Below, in pieces: positions 15,848 to 23,084 of a stretch of 64,000 nucleotides of DNA. The stretch covers positions 1 through 64,000 of the IMG/VR virus record IMGVR_UViG_3300009702_000001; one strand, given 5' to 3'. The notes beneath the pieces were generated by a model. The model was not told the origin of the DNA. It saw only the letters and a list, made by a program, of their open reading frames with translations, and did no database searches. The position numbers and the translations under genes were made by a program. Position 1 is the first letter of the stretch. Every line of letters begins with the position of its first letter. The stretch comes from a virus.

Positions 15848-16300
15848 TTATCGTTGCCAATAGACACAATCCTCGCGGATTTTGAAACTGAAAGAGAATG
15901 CGTCAATTACCGACTCAATCCAACCTTCAACGGTCTTGAAGGGGCGCCGGTAATCAACCATCGCGGCTTCAATGTCGAGTCCGTATTGCCGAATCAAAGC
16001 TACTCTTTCGGATTCTGTCTTGGGAGATGGTACGCTTTCAAGGTCAACCCTGGCAAACTGCAATAACCACTTGCTATCAAAAATTTCCGGCTCGCTTTTC
16101 AATGACTCGAACAACGATATTTCAGCATATTCAACGGCTGTTTCCATGTTTTCGGCTACGCCGTAACACTCGTCCAACGGTCCGACGGTAAACAGAACCA
16201 CCCCGGCATACGGTTTTGAAACCTTGGTAATCTCATATTCCCATTTGTCCCGAATCTTGAAAATTGAACGCAGGGCAACAGTTATCAACGGGTCAATCAT
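15848..16300 (-). CDS. hypothetical protein
   Basis: 150-aa ORF with GGGAGGGAACAAC upstream of the ATG. Directly downstream of the recombinase gene. Confidence 0.6.
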   Translation of the reverse strand: MIDPLITVALRSIFKIRDKWEYEITKVSKPYAGVVLFTVGPLDECYGVAENMETAVEYAEISLFESLKSEPEIFDSKWLLQFARVDLESVPSPKTESERVALIRQYGLDIEAAMVDYRRPFKTVEGWIESVIDAFSFSFKIREDCVYWQR

Positions 16301-16319
16301 GTTGTTCCCTCCCTATCGT

Positions 16320-17027
16320 CTAACGAGCCAGTAAACGGCCAACGGCTGATTTTGTCCAAGGCTTACCTCTATTAGTGTAACCAATGGCGTTCATTCCCCC
16401 GGCAATACTTCGCACAGAGTAGCCTTCCCGCTTGAAGTACCTTATACGGTCAAGACAAGCCATTTCACCAGGACAGTCTTCAAGAGTCTTGCCGTTCGAG
16501 CCCAACCGCTTCCCAAACGGAACACGTCCGACCCTTTCCCCCCGGGACTTCTTTACACCCATTCCAGCCTTGGTACGTTCTGATATCAAAGTCCGTTCCA
16601 TTTCGGCAAATGCGGCGGACATTGTAAGAAACATTTTCCCCATTGCCGAAGAAGTGTCAAGGGCATTCCCCCCCATATCAACAATATGGAGAAAAATCCC
16701 GCTTCGTTCCCAGGATTCCACGTTGACCAAACAGTCAAGAGCATTGCGGAAGGCCCGGTCAAGTTTCAGGATGATAACCGCGCCGGCGCCAGACCGCTTC
16801 AAGGCGTCAAGCATATCCCGACCGGCCGGCCGCTTAGCAATGGGCTTCCCGGCCGAAACGCCTTCATCCCGGAAGGTCCCAACAATTTTCAAACCTTTCA
16901 TCTTGCAATAGGCTTCACAACGCTCCGTTTGGTCTTGAAGCCCGAGTCCGGAAACAGCTTGCTTTTCCGACGAAACCCTAATATAAACAACGGCTTTGTT
17001 CTGGTCACGTTTGATTTTCTTTGCCAT
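16320..17027 (-). CDS. small serine recombinase (resolvase/invertase family)
   Basis: AVVYIRVSSEKQ (catalytic Ser region), ILKLDRAFRN, FAEMERTLISERTKAG and a C-terminal HTH (GYSVRSIAGGMNAIG...). Confidence 0.85.
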   Translation of the reverse strand: MAKKIKRDQNKAVVYIRVSSEKQAVSGLGLQDQTERCEAYCKMKGLKIVGTFRDEGVSAGKPIAKRPAGRDMLDALKRSGAGAVIILKLDRAFRNALDCLVNVESWERSGIFLHIVDMGGNALDTSSAMGKMFLTMSAAFAEMERTLISERTKAGMGVKKSRGERVGRVPFGKRLGSNGKTLEDCPGEMACLDRIRYFKREGYSVRSIAGGMNAIGYTNRGKPWTKSAVGRLLAR

Positions 17028-17282
17028 GATTCAACCCTTCTTTGCCGGAAGCAAATCAACAACGTGTGCAACCGCGCCGGCTCGGAAACTGATTCCGGGA
17101 TTCACCTTGACGGTCCAAGACCGGCCGCAACCCTGGCATTTTCGTTGATAGAAAAACGTTGCCGAGTCTCCACCTTCAACCGGCTTCAGGGACCGGCCAC
17201 AACAACATTTTGGGGGTTAGCTTGTAAATCATGGTTTTTTTTCGTGTTCCTCGGGGAGCCCCGAAAGACCCCAAGAGGGTCC

Positions 17283-17480
17283 CTAATCAACTTCTGTGTG
17301 AAGGTCTGACTGGATACTCCAAACGGTTCGGGCGAAACGTCGAACAGTCTTTCCTTTACGGGTAAGAATGACGGAAAGATGACCGTGAAACGTAATAGTG
17401 TTTCCAGACTCGGAAATCTTTTTGATACCATAAATAATCATTCCGTCTTGAGAACCATTGACCTTATAGGTTTTTGTCAT
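17283..17480 (-). CDS. small orphan protein (65 aa from the SD-led ATG)
   Basis: GGAG lies 9 nt upstream of ATG 17480, with a consensus promoter upstream. Confidence 0.55.
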   Translation of the reverse strand: MTKTYKVNGSQDGMIIYGIKKISESGNTITFHGHLSVILTRKGKTVRRFARTVWSIQSDLHTEVD

Positions 17481-17535
17481 TTTCTTTGCTCCGTTTTCGG
17501 GGTTGGTATTTCGTTTCGCGTTGTTCATGTATATA

Positions 17536-17564
17536 TATATAGGGGCAGACCCCTAGATTGTCAA
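17536..17564 (-). promoter_or_regulatory. strong sigma70-like promoter TTGACA N17 TATATA
   Basis: -35 at 17564..17559 and -10 at 17541..17536. ATG 17528 lies 7 nt after the -10. Confidence 0.65.
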
Positions 17565-17692
17565 CAGGTTTTTCAAAAAAAAGTAATCTTTTTTTCAAGT
17601 CCCCGAAACAACAACGCTTTTTCAACAAATGTAAGAACAGATTTCGGACGGAAAGGGGCTCGGAAGGTAGGTTCCGGGAACTCCGGGCAAAG

Positions 17693-17722
17693 AAAAAGCC
17701 CCGAGGGGGCTTCCCTCGGGGC
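17693..17722 (-). terminator. intrinsic terminator (GCCCCGAGGG AAGCC CCCTCGGGGC + T-run)
   Basis: 10-bp stem plus TTTTTCT on the minus strand, 22 nt after the stop of 17745..18248. Confidence 0.65.
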
Positions 17723-17744
17723 TCGGGTTGGGCTCGGGGCCGGC

Positions 17745-18248
17745 TTAGGCTACCGAGTAACGGGAATCCCGCTTGCTTCCGGTCCGCTTGACGGTCCCGG
17801 CCGAAACCAAGTCCCCCAGGGCTCGGGCAACGGGGCGCCGGTCCAAACCGGCCGCGTCCGCGATTTCCCGAGCGGACATGGGCTTGCCCTTGGACCCGGA
17901 CAGAACCTTCATTGCGGCTTTCCGGGCTTCTTCGGAAGCCCCCCGCTTGCGCCGCGCCTTGCCCTTGCTCGGAGCCGCGTTCCCCTGAAGGGTCCCCAGG
18001 GTCATGGACCGGAGCAACGCGCCCCAACCCTCGGAATCGGCCGCGTCAAGGGCTTCCGCCAAGGTCATACGCTTGGGCATGGACCTGAACCGCTCCCCGG
18101 CAAACGCCTTGATTGCCGCTTCCTGTCCCCCCGCTTGGGTCAAAAGGAAATTGTAAAGGGCATCCCCGTTGACGGGGGCCGCGTCCGCGTTCTTCTTCGG
18201 GGCCGTCTTGGTCTTCTTCGGGCTCGGCTTGTTGGTCTTCTTCGGCAT
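17745..18248 (-). CDS. DNA-binding protein: basic N-terminus plus C-terminal winged-helix
   Basis: MPKKTNKPSPKKTKTAPKK..., with C-terminal MSAREIADAAGLDRRPVARALGDLVSAGTVKRTG (MarR/ArsR-like wHTH). Confidence 0.6.
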   Translation of the reverse strand: MPKKTNKPSPKKTKTAPKKNADAAPVNGDALYNFLLTQAGGQEAAIKAFAGERFRSMPKRMTLAEALDAADSEGWGALLRSMTLGTLQGNAAPSKGKARRKRGASEEARKAAMKVLSGSKGKPMSAREIADAAGLDRRPVARALGDLVSAGTVKRTGSKRDSRYSVA

Positions 18249-18377
18249 GGTTTTTTTCCTTCCGTTGTTCGGGAGCGTTCAACGCTCCGGGTTGTTGCCG
18301 CTTGAACCTTCCGTTTACCGTTGTCCTTTATCTGTTCCCGGAAGTCAAGCGTAAAATGAAAAAAGTTGTTCCCGCAA

Positions 18378-18399
18378 GGGGAGCCCTTCGGGGCTCCCC
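18378..18399. repeat. GGGGAGCCC-N4-GGGCTCCCC hairpin element (copy 1, inverted relative to the others)
   Basis: Perfect 9-bp stem with loop TTCG on the plus strand, followed by GTTTTT. Confidence 0.7.
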
Positions 18400-18550
18400 G
18401 TTTTTACCGTTAGCTAATCCGGGTAAGGGTTTCGGATTTGGTCAACCAAATGGTCCCGAGGATTTCCCGGTCAAACTTCCGAGCGTAACACTTCAGGGTA
18501 GAAACGCAAACGGCAAGGGTTGTTCCGGCAGGGGCATCCTTAAAAAAGTG

Positions 18551-18580
18551 AAAAAAAACCCGAGGGGGCAAACCCTCGGG
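18551..18580 (-). terminator. intrinsic terminator (CCCGAGGG TTTGCC CCCTCGGG + T8)
   Basis: 8-bp stem plus T8 on the minus strand. Confidence 0.55.
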
Positions 18581-18974
18581 GCAGGGGGGACAACGGGGGG
18601 GCCGAAGAAAACCCGCCCGTCATGGCGCCAAATCACCGGACCCGGGACGAAACCAAGGGACCGGGGGTAAGTCAAAAATCGGGGTCCGGACTCGGGGAAC
18701 CGGATACCAAGAGCTCGGCTTCCCGGGATTGTTACCGGGTCGCAATCACGGCCCGGCGCCGAACCGGAGCCCCGAGGAACAGTCCGGCCGGGATTGGGGG
18801 CCGGGGTCCCTGGGGGCGCGTTTCGTATCCGGGCCGGAGCCCGGACCCCTTAAACAACGGGAGTCTTCACTATCCGTCAACGGGGCTCGGAAGTCAACCC
18901 TTTTATTGCTCGGAAAACTGATTGACTAACAGGTCAACAACCATGACACAAAGACAAGGGCCGTTCATCATTGG

Positions 18975-19100
18975 TCAATTCCTCGGGGGTAAATACCGCG
19001 CCCGGTTGCGCCGGACTTCAACCCGCTTGACAATCAGTCTGAAAGCATCAACGGTCAAAAGTCTCGCAACGTAAGCAAGAAAAATATACATTTCATTCAT
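18975..19100 (-). CDS. micro-ORF (41 aa, hydrophobic N-terminus MNEMYIFLAYVARLLTV...)
   Basis: ATG lies 1 nt after the upstream TAG stop (coupling). Below the ORF-track cutoff. Confidence 0.35.
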   Translation of the reverse strand: MNEMYIFLAYVARLLTVDAFRLIVKRVEVRRNRARYLPPRN

Positions 19101-19101
19101 C

Positions 19102-19317
19102 CTATGCGTCCGGGATATCTGCCGGCTTGTTACCATCTTCCGGGCTCGGGTTTTCTGCCGGGGTCAAATCCCGTTCTTCGGAAATTCGTTGGGCCGTCAA
19201 CCCCGCGTTGACGAACAATTCATAACCTCGGACGGCTTCCGCCCCATCCGGGACGGATTGCAACGCGGCAATCAATTCCGAGTAACCGTCCGCGTCAAAG
19301 GCAATAACCGAAACCAT
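19102..19317 (-). CDS. hypothetical protein
   Basis: 71-aa ORF with an ATG start. Confidence 0.55.
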   Translation of the reverse strand: MVSVIAFDADGYSELIAALQSVPDGAEAVRGYELFVNAGLTAQRISEERDLTPAENPSPEDGNKPADIPDA

Positions 19318-19326
19318 TTCAGCGGC

Positions 19327-19428
19327 TTAATATTTGCAAGCGGCTTCCGTTGTGTTTTCGCTCGGGGCTCCGGCAATCCGTAGCAATTCGGCTTCAACCG
19401 CGTCTTGCATTTCCTGATTGGTAGGCAT
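19327..19428 (-). CDS. micro-ORF (33 aa, MPTNQEMQDAVEAELLRIAGAPSENTTEAACKY)
   Basis: AACGAAAGGGGAAG lies upstream of ATG 19428. Below the ORF-track cutoff. Confidence 0.45.
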   Translation of the reverse strand: MPTNQEMQDAVEAELLRIAGAPSENTTEAACKY

Positions 19429-19488
19429 GGGGCTTCCCCTTTCGTTGGGCTCGGGGGAATAATACCCGAAAGGGGGGCGCGTTGTAAC

Positions 19489-19517
19489 AAAAAGCCCCCA
19501 GGGGCTTCCTGGGGGCT
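19489..19517 (-). terminator. intrinsic terminator, 33-bp identical to the one at 14921-14953
   Basis: AGCCCCCAGG AAGCC CCTGGGGGCT plus T5 on the minus strand, after the stop of 19543..19824. Confidence 0.65.
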
Positions 19518-19542
19518 CGGGCAGGGTTCCGGGTCCCCTTGC

Positions 19543-19824
19543 CTAGTCCGGGACAGAAACGGGGCACGGGCGCCGGCTCCGGGCTTCCTTGACCATGATT
19601 TTATCAAGGGGGGCTTCTTCCCCCATGTAATCACGGATGCAACGTTGGGCCGCTTCCTTTATCCCTCGAATATCCATTCCCCGAGCAACGGCAACGGTCA
19701 ATTCAAAGGGACGGTTTGAAGCCGGCTCGGTATCAACCCGTAAAACCCAATCCGTTGCAGGTCCCATCGGCCCTTGATATTGGGCGCCGCGTTCCGCGAA
19801 TACTGCGATTACCTTGAAGGGCAT
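19543..19824 (-). CDS. hypothetical protein
   Basis: ORF-track start 19863 would translate the hairpin element. ATG 19824 (MPFKVIAVF...) follows GGACAACGGGAA. Confidence 0.55.
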   Translation of the reverse strand: MPFKVIAVFAERGAQYQGPMGPATDWVLRVDTEPASNRPFELTVAVARGMDIRGIKEAAQRCIRDYMGEEAPLDKIMVKEARSRRPCPVSVPD

Positions 19825-19840
19825 TTCCCGTTGTCCTTTC

Positions 19841-19860
19841 GGGAGCCCAGAAGGGCTCCC
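19841..19860. repeat. GGGAGCCC-N4-GGGCTCCC hairpin element (copy 2, variant)
   Basis: 8-bp stem, intergenic once the start of the downstream gene is corrected. Confidence 0.6.
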
Positions 19861-19869
19861 CATTAATGG

Positions 19870-20643
19870 TTATCGGGGCAAGGATTTCCGGCCGGGTCCA
19901 ATGCTTCCATTGTCCGAGCCCCCCAGGTTCAAACGCTTGCCGGCATCCCGCCCGGCGCGGTATCCGTCCGCGTCCGTTGCTCGCATTGACGTATTGACCT
20001 TGTACGTTTTCATGTTGTCCCGGACCCAATCTTGCGCGGCTTGGGCTTCCCTGTCAAATAAAACAAGGGCCGTTCCCGCTTCCTGCCGGGACCGCTTTTT
20101 CTGTTCCCGCAAACGCCGGATGATTGAATCAACCGCGCCGGCTCGGAACGCATTACCGAAAGCCTTTCCTCCCTTCCTGTATGCCGTCCGGTTGTATTCC
20201 CGAAGGGCAATCCCTGAAAGCCTTTCGATTTCCCGGCAAAGGTATTGAAAAACATACCGGCAAGCGGCAACGTTTTCTTCCGTCCCGATGATAAACATTT
20301 TTGCAGGGTAAAGGATGCGCGTTCCCGTCATGGCATCCCAACGGTATGACCCCGCTTGACTTACCCCCTTACAGTTGTTCGCTCGGGCAAGCTCAAAAGC
20401 AAGGTTCAACCGCCAACGGGCAAACCGCTTGCCTTCCTCGGAATAGAATTCATGTTGGTCCGTTTCGTGCTCCCCGTCCGAGTCAACGTCAAGCAACTCG
20501 GCTTGCGCGATTTTGTAACGGTCAATCAATTGTTGCATCCGAGCCCCGGCAAGGGCTGCTTCTTCCTGACTCTGGTTGTTGGTCGCAAGGGCTTTCAGTT
20601 TCGCAATCAAGGCAAGGATTTTTTCTTTTTTTTCTTGCGTCAT
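19870..20643 (-). CDS. DUF2786-like protein
   Basis: The N-terminal KILALIAKLKALATNNQSQEEAALAGARMQQLIDRYKI matches the pattern I recall for DUF2786. By-eye call. Confidence 0.6.
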   Translation of the reverse strand: MTQEKKEKILALIAKLKALATNNQSQEEAALAGARMQQLIDRYKIAQAELLDVDSDGEHETDQHEFYSEEGKRFARWRLNLAFELARANNCKGVSQAGSYRWDAMTGTRILYPAKMFIIGTEENVAACRYVFQYLCREIERLSGIALREYNRTAYRKGGKAFGNAFRAGAVDSIIRRLREQKKRSRQEAGTALVLFDREAQAAQDWVRDNMKTYKVNTSMRATDADGYRAGRDAGKRLNLGGSDNGSIGPGRKSLPR

Positions 20644-20684
20644 TGCTCGGGGTCCTTTCCGTTGTCCGTTGTTCCTGTCCTATA

Positions 20685-20714
20685 TCTATAACATACCTGG
20701 GGGGCCGTTGTCAA
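20685..20714 (-). promoter_or_regulatory. sigma70-like promoter TTGACA N18 TATAGA
   Basis: -35 at 20714..20709 and -10 at 20690..20685. The leader carries GAACAACGG but no TSS-proximal ATG. Confidence 0.55.
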
Positions 20715-20736
20715 GGGGAGCCCCGAAGGGCTCCCC
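20715..20736. repeat. GGGGAGCCC-N4-GGGCTCCCC hairpin element (copy 3)
   Basis: Perfect 9-bp stem with a UUCG loop on the minus-strand transcript. It abuts the -35 of the next promoter. Confidence 0.7.
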
Positions 20737-20744
20737 GTTCCCCG

Positions 20745-21050
20745 TTACTCGGCTTCCGCTTCCGAGCCCTTGGGGAACGTGCAACGGGTCAAGACGGTTT
20801 GCTTGTTGCCGTCCCTGTCCGTTCCATGACGCTTGACCGTTGCCTTGACCTTGAAGGTTTCTCCGGTCCGATAGTCTTTGGCGCCGCAAGCGAACCAAAC
20901 CGCGTTGTTGCCGTCTTCATCCGTCATGGAAACGGCAGTCTTGGTTTCGGGATGGTAGGGGTAGGCATATCCGTCAACTTCAAACTGCCGGCAAGCCTTG
21001 ACGGTAAGATTGTCAATCAGTTGGGGAATGATGAAAACTGTTTTGTTCAT
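20745..21050 (-). CDS. small orphan protein (101 aa from the SD-led ATG)
   Basis: GGAG lies 9 nt upstream of ATG 21050, with a consensus promoter upstream. Confidence 0.6.
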   Translation of the reverse strand: MNKTVFIIPQLIDNLTVKACRQFEVDGYAYPYHPETKTAVSMTDEDGNNAVWFACGAKDYRTGETFKVKATVKRHGTDRDGNKQTVLTRCTFPKGSEAEAE

Positions 21051-21093
21051 GTTGCCGGCTCCGTTGTTTTGTTTCGCGTTGTTCATGTCTATA

Positions 21094-21122
21094 TTTATAG
21101 CGCGGCAACGCTAGACCGTCAA
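21094..21122 (-). promoter_or_regulatory. strong sigma70-like promoter TTGACG N17 TATAAA
   Basis: -35 at 21122..21117 and -10 at 21099..21094. ATG 21086 lies 7 nt after the -10. Confidence 0.65.
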
Positions 21123-21144
21123 CCCCCTTTTTCTCACATTTTCT

Positions 21145-21187
21145 AAAAAAGTTTGAACCCCCTGAAACTGTTTAGTTTTTTTCAGGG
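21145..21187 (-). terminator. putative terminator (CCCTGAAA N13 TTTCAGGG, then T6)
   Basis: The stem overlaps the stop of 21182..21376. The T-run lies 9 nt after the stem. Confidence 0.45.
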
Positions 21188-21376
21188 CAAATAGATTTGA
21201 CTTGCCGGGATTCCAGGGACCCGAACCCCCCGGAAGCAAACGTCCGCAACGCTCCGGGCTTGCTCGGGGTTGACAGTATGTTCAACCCGAAGGATTCGGA
21301 CCGGGACAGCAACACCCGGCCGGAGCAACCAAAGGGCCATTTTATCGGAACGGATTCGCGGGTTGAATTCTGTCAT
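21182..21376 (-). CDS. hypothetical protein
   Basis: 64 aa from ATG 21376. The conserved GCTATAAATATA -10 block is upstream, but there is no good -35. Confidence 0.45.
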   Translation of the reverse strand: MTEFNPRIRSDKMALWLLRPGVAVPVRILRVEHTVNPEQARSVADVCFRGVRVPGIPASQIYLP

Positions 21377-21422
21377 CAAACTTGCTACCTTATATTTATA
21401 GCAGAAACCATGCCAACCCTAA

Positions 21423-22448
21423 TCATTCCCCGTCAAGGGGCAATTCGGATTGTTCGGGCTCGGGCTCGGTTGCCGGTTCGGGTTCCTCGGGGTAGGATTC
21501 CAGAGCATCAAACAAGTCCCGTCCGCGCAACCGCGCCGGTATCTTATGCGCCCGGCAAACCCGGTCCAACCAAGAAACAACGTCTTGATACTCGGGCGCC
21601 CCTTGCAACGCTTCAACCGTGTCCGGGATAATCCGCCCCCCCGCTTCAACCCCAAGATAACCGTTCATCCGGGTAACCCCCGCCCGAGTCTTGGGGCCGG
21701 TCATGCCGTCAATTTCAAGGGGCTCCGGGTATCCATCGGGCAACGGGTCCGGGGCTCGGGCTTTGTCCATTTCATTGACAACGATTTGAACCGTTCCAAT
21801 CCCCGTCCGGTCAATGTTCCCCGCCCAACCAAACAAGGAACCGATTTCCCATTGACGGGGCAGATACAACCCGGACCCAAGGGTTTCATACCAAGGGACT
21901 TGAAATCCGAGGGTTTCCCGAGCCCAAGGGACAATTGCTTCATAGACTGCCGAACCCGGGTCCCCCTGCCGTTGGTCGCTTCCCTGCCGATGACAAACTA
22001 GGTTGGTAAACCCGCCCCCAAGGGCAACGCCTTGTCCGACCAACCAAAGAAGAAGATTCTTGACCCCTTGGATTTGTTCGGGGGTCAAGTCATGGGTCCG
22101 ACCCCCACCTTTCCAAATAGTCCGCTTGTCCCCTTCAATACCGGCAAAATGCCCGTCAATTTCAATCCCAACACTGAAATTGTTGAAGCCGTTTCCATGC
22201 CAAACGTAATGCTTCAAGTTATTGACGTATAAAACGGTTCCATCATACAAAACCGCGCAATGACAGGCAACATCATAATACCTTTCGGGCTTCAATCCCA
22301 AGCGGCAAGCCGTTTGATGAAGCATGATATGGGAAACCTTACCCATATCCCTTTCACGGGTTGACCCTTTGTTCAATTCATGTTCCCCGGTTATGTTCCT
22401 GAATTTGTCCGGGTCAACAAACGGGAATAGGACTTCCGCTTCCGTCAT
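21423..22448 (-). CDS. N-acetylmuramoyl-L-alanine amidase endolysin with PG-binding repeat
   Basis: Amidase_2/PGRP-like HIMLHQTAC, WHGNGFNNFSVGIEIDG and LVCHRQ. C-terminal IDGMTGPKTRAGVTRMNGYLGV (PG_binding_1-like). Confidence 0.85.
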   Translation of the reverse strand: MTEAEVLFPFVDPDKFRNITGEHELNKGSTRERDMGKVSHIMLHQTACRLGLKPERYYDVACHCAVLYDGTVLYVNNLKHYVWHGNGFNNFSVGIEIDGHFAGIEGDKRTIWKGGGRTHDLTPEQIQGVKNLLLWLVGQGVALGGGFTNLVCHRQGSDQRQGDPGSAVYEAIVPWARETLGFQVPWYETLGSGLYLPRQWEIGSLFGWAGNIDRTGIGTVQIVVNEMDKARAPDPLPDGYPEPLEIDGMTGPKTRAGVTRMNGYLGVEAGGRIIPDTVEALQGAPEYQDVVSWLDRVCRAHKIPARLRGRDLFDALESYPEEPEPATEPEPEQSELPLDGE

Positions 22449-22453
22449 GGTTT

Positions 22454-22729
22454 TTACCCCTTCCTTTCGGATTGTCGGATGATATTTTGCGCGTTTTCAA
22501 GCAACGCCTTTTCACATTTCGGACAAAACAAAATTTCCCGGGCTTCCTTTCCCCCAACAAGGTCAACGCTCCAATACCGGAGCCCTTCCGGGAACACAAC
22601 CCGAACCCGCTTCCGGCCGCAAAAGTAGCAACGCCCGAGCGGGCCGGCCGCAATACCCCAAGCAAGGCGCCCCGATGCAATAGCAAGGTTCCCTATGGAT
22701 TCCCCTAGCGTCTTGAATCTGTCAAGCAT
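22454..22729 (-). CDS. hypothetical protein (hydrophobic N-terminal segment plus zinc ribbon)
   Basis: ATG 22729 follows AAGGGGGA. Contains CYFCG...CPKC. Lies directly upstream of the endolysin, but a holin role is unproven. Confidence 0.5.
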   Translation of the reverse strand: MLDRFKTLGESIGNLAIASGRLAWGIAAGPLGRCYFCGRKRVRVVFPEGLRYWSVDLVGGKEAREILFCPKCEKALLENAQNIIRQSERKG

Positions 22730-22941
22730 ACATCCCCCTTCGGGAGTAACCAAAGTGTTTCACCTTCAACGGATAGATATGCCCTACCCGACTCTTCAAG
22801 GGCAAATAACGCCCCAAGAATTTCGACTAGCGGAAATCCCTGTTTGACGAACGCTTCCGCTGTAATAGGTCTTCCCCCGCTTCTTAGCTGCCGTTCGATT
22901 TGTCCAAGAATTCGGGGACTTACTTTCAAATTGGTAATCAT
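22705..22941 (-). CDS. hypothetical protein, wHTH-like
   Basis: 78-aa ORF. The wHTH assignment is by eye only. Confidence 0.5.
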   Translation of the reverse strand: MITNLKVSPRILGQIERQLRSGGRPITAEAFVKQGFPLVEILGALFALEESGRAYLSVEGETLWLLPKGDVCLTDSRR

Positions 22942-23084
22942 GGTTCCCCGTCCCCCTTCCGCCCGTCAAGACCATGACTGAAAAATCCAGTAAGCAACCG
23001 CTTTCACTTCCGTTTTGTTTGCATCTTATCCGCGTCAAAGTCCGGTCTTTTCAGGGTGCGTTTGCAAAGCCTTTCCGTTGCTTT

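Noticed and set aside
17031-17216. A 61-codon open frame upstream of the recombinase encoding a zinc-ribbon-like peptide (KCCCGRS...CQGCGRSW...)
   Set aside because: No ATG, GTG or TTG start precedes the first Cys pair, and in-frame TAA and TGA lie immediately upstream. No SD is present. Producing it would need a +1 frameshift from a weak 18-codon ORF starting at 17232. It is more likely a remnant or chance open frame in GC-rich DNA.
17379-18305. Long plus-strand ORFs antisense to minus-strand genes (for example 17379..18305, 20301..21146, 39801..40553, 57521..58120, 35074..35589, 49005..49577)
   Set aside because: They are Gly/Pro/Arg/Ser-rich or low-complexity mirror images of better-supported minus-strand genes, lack SD sequences, and in several cases run through promoters or terminators.
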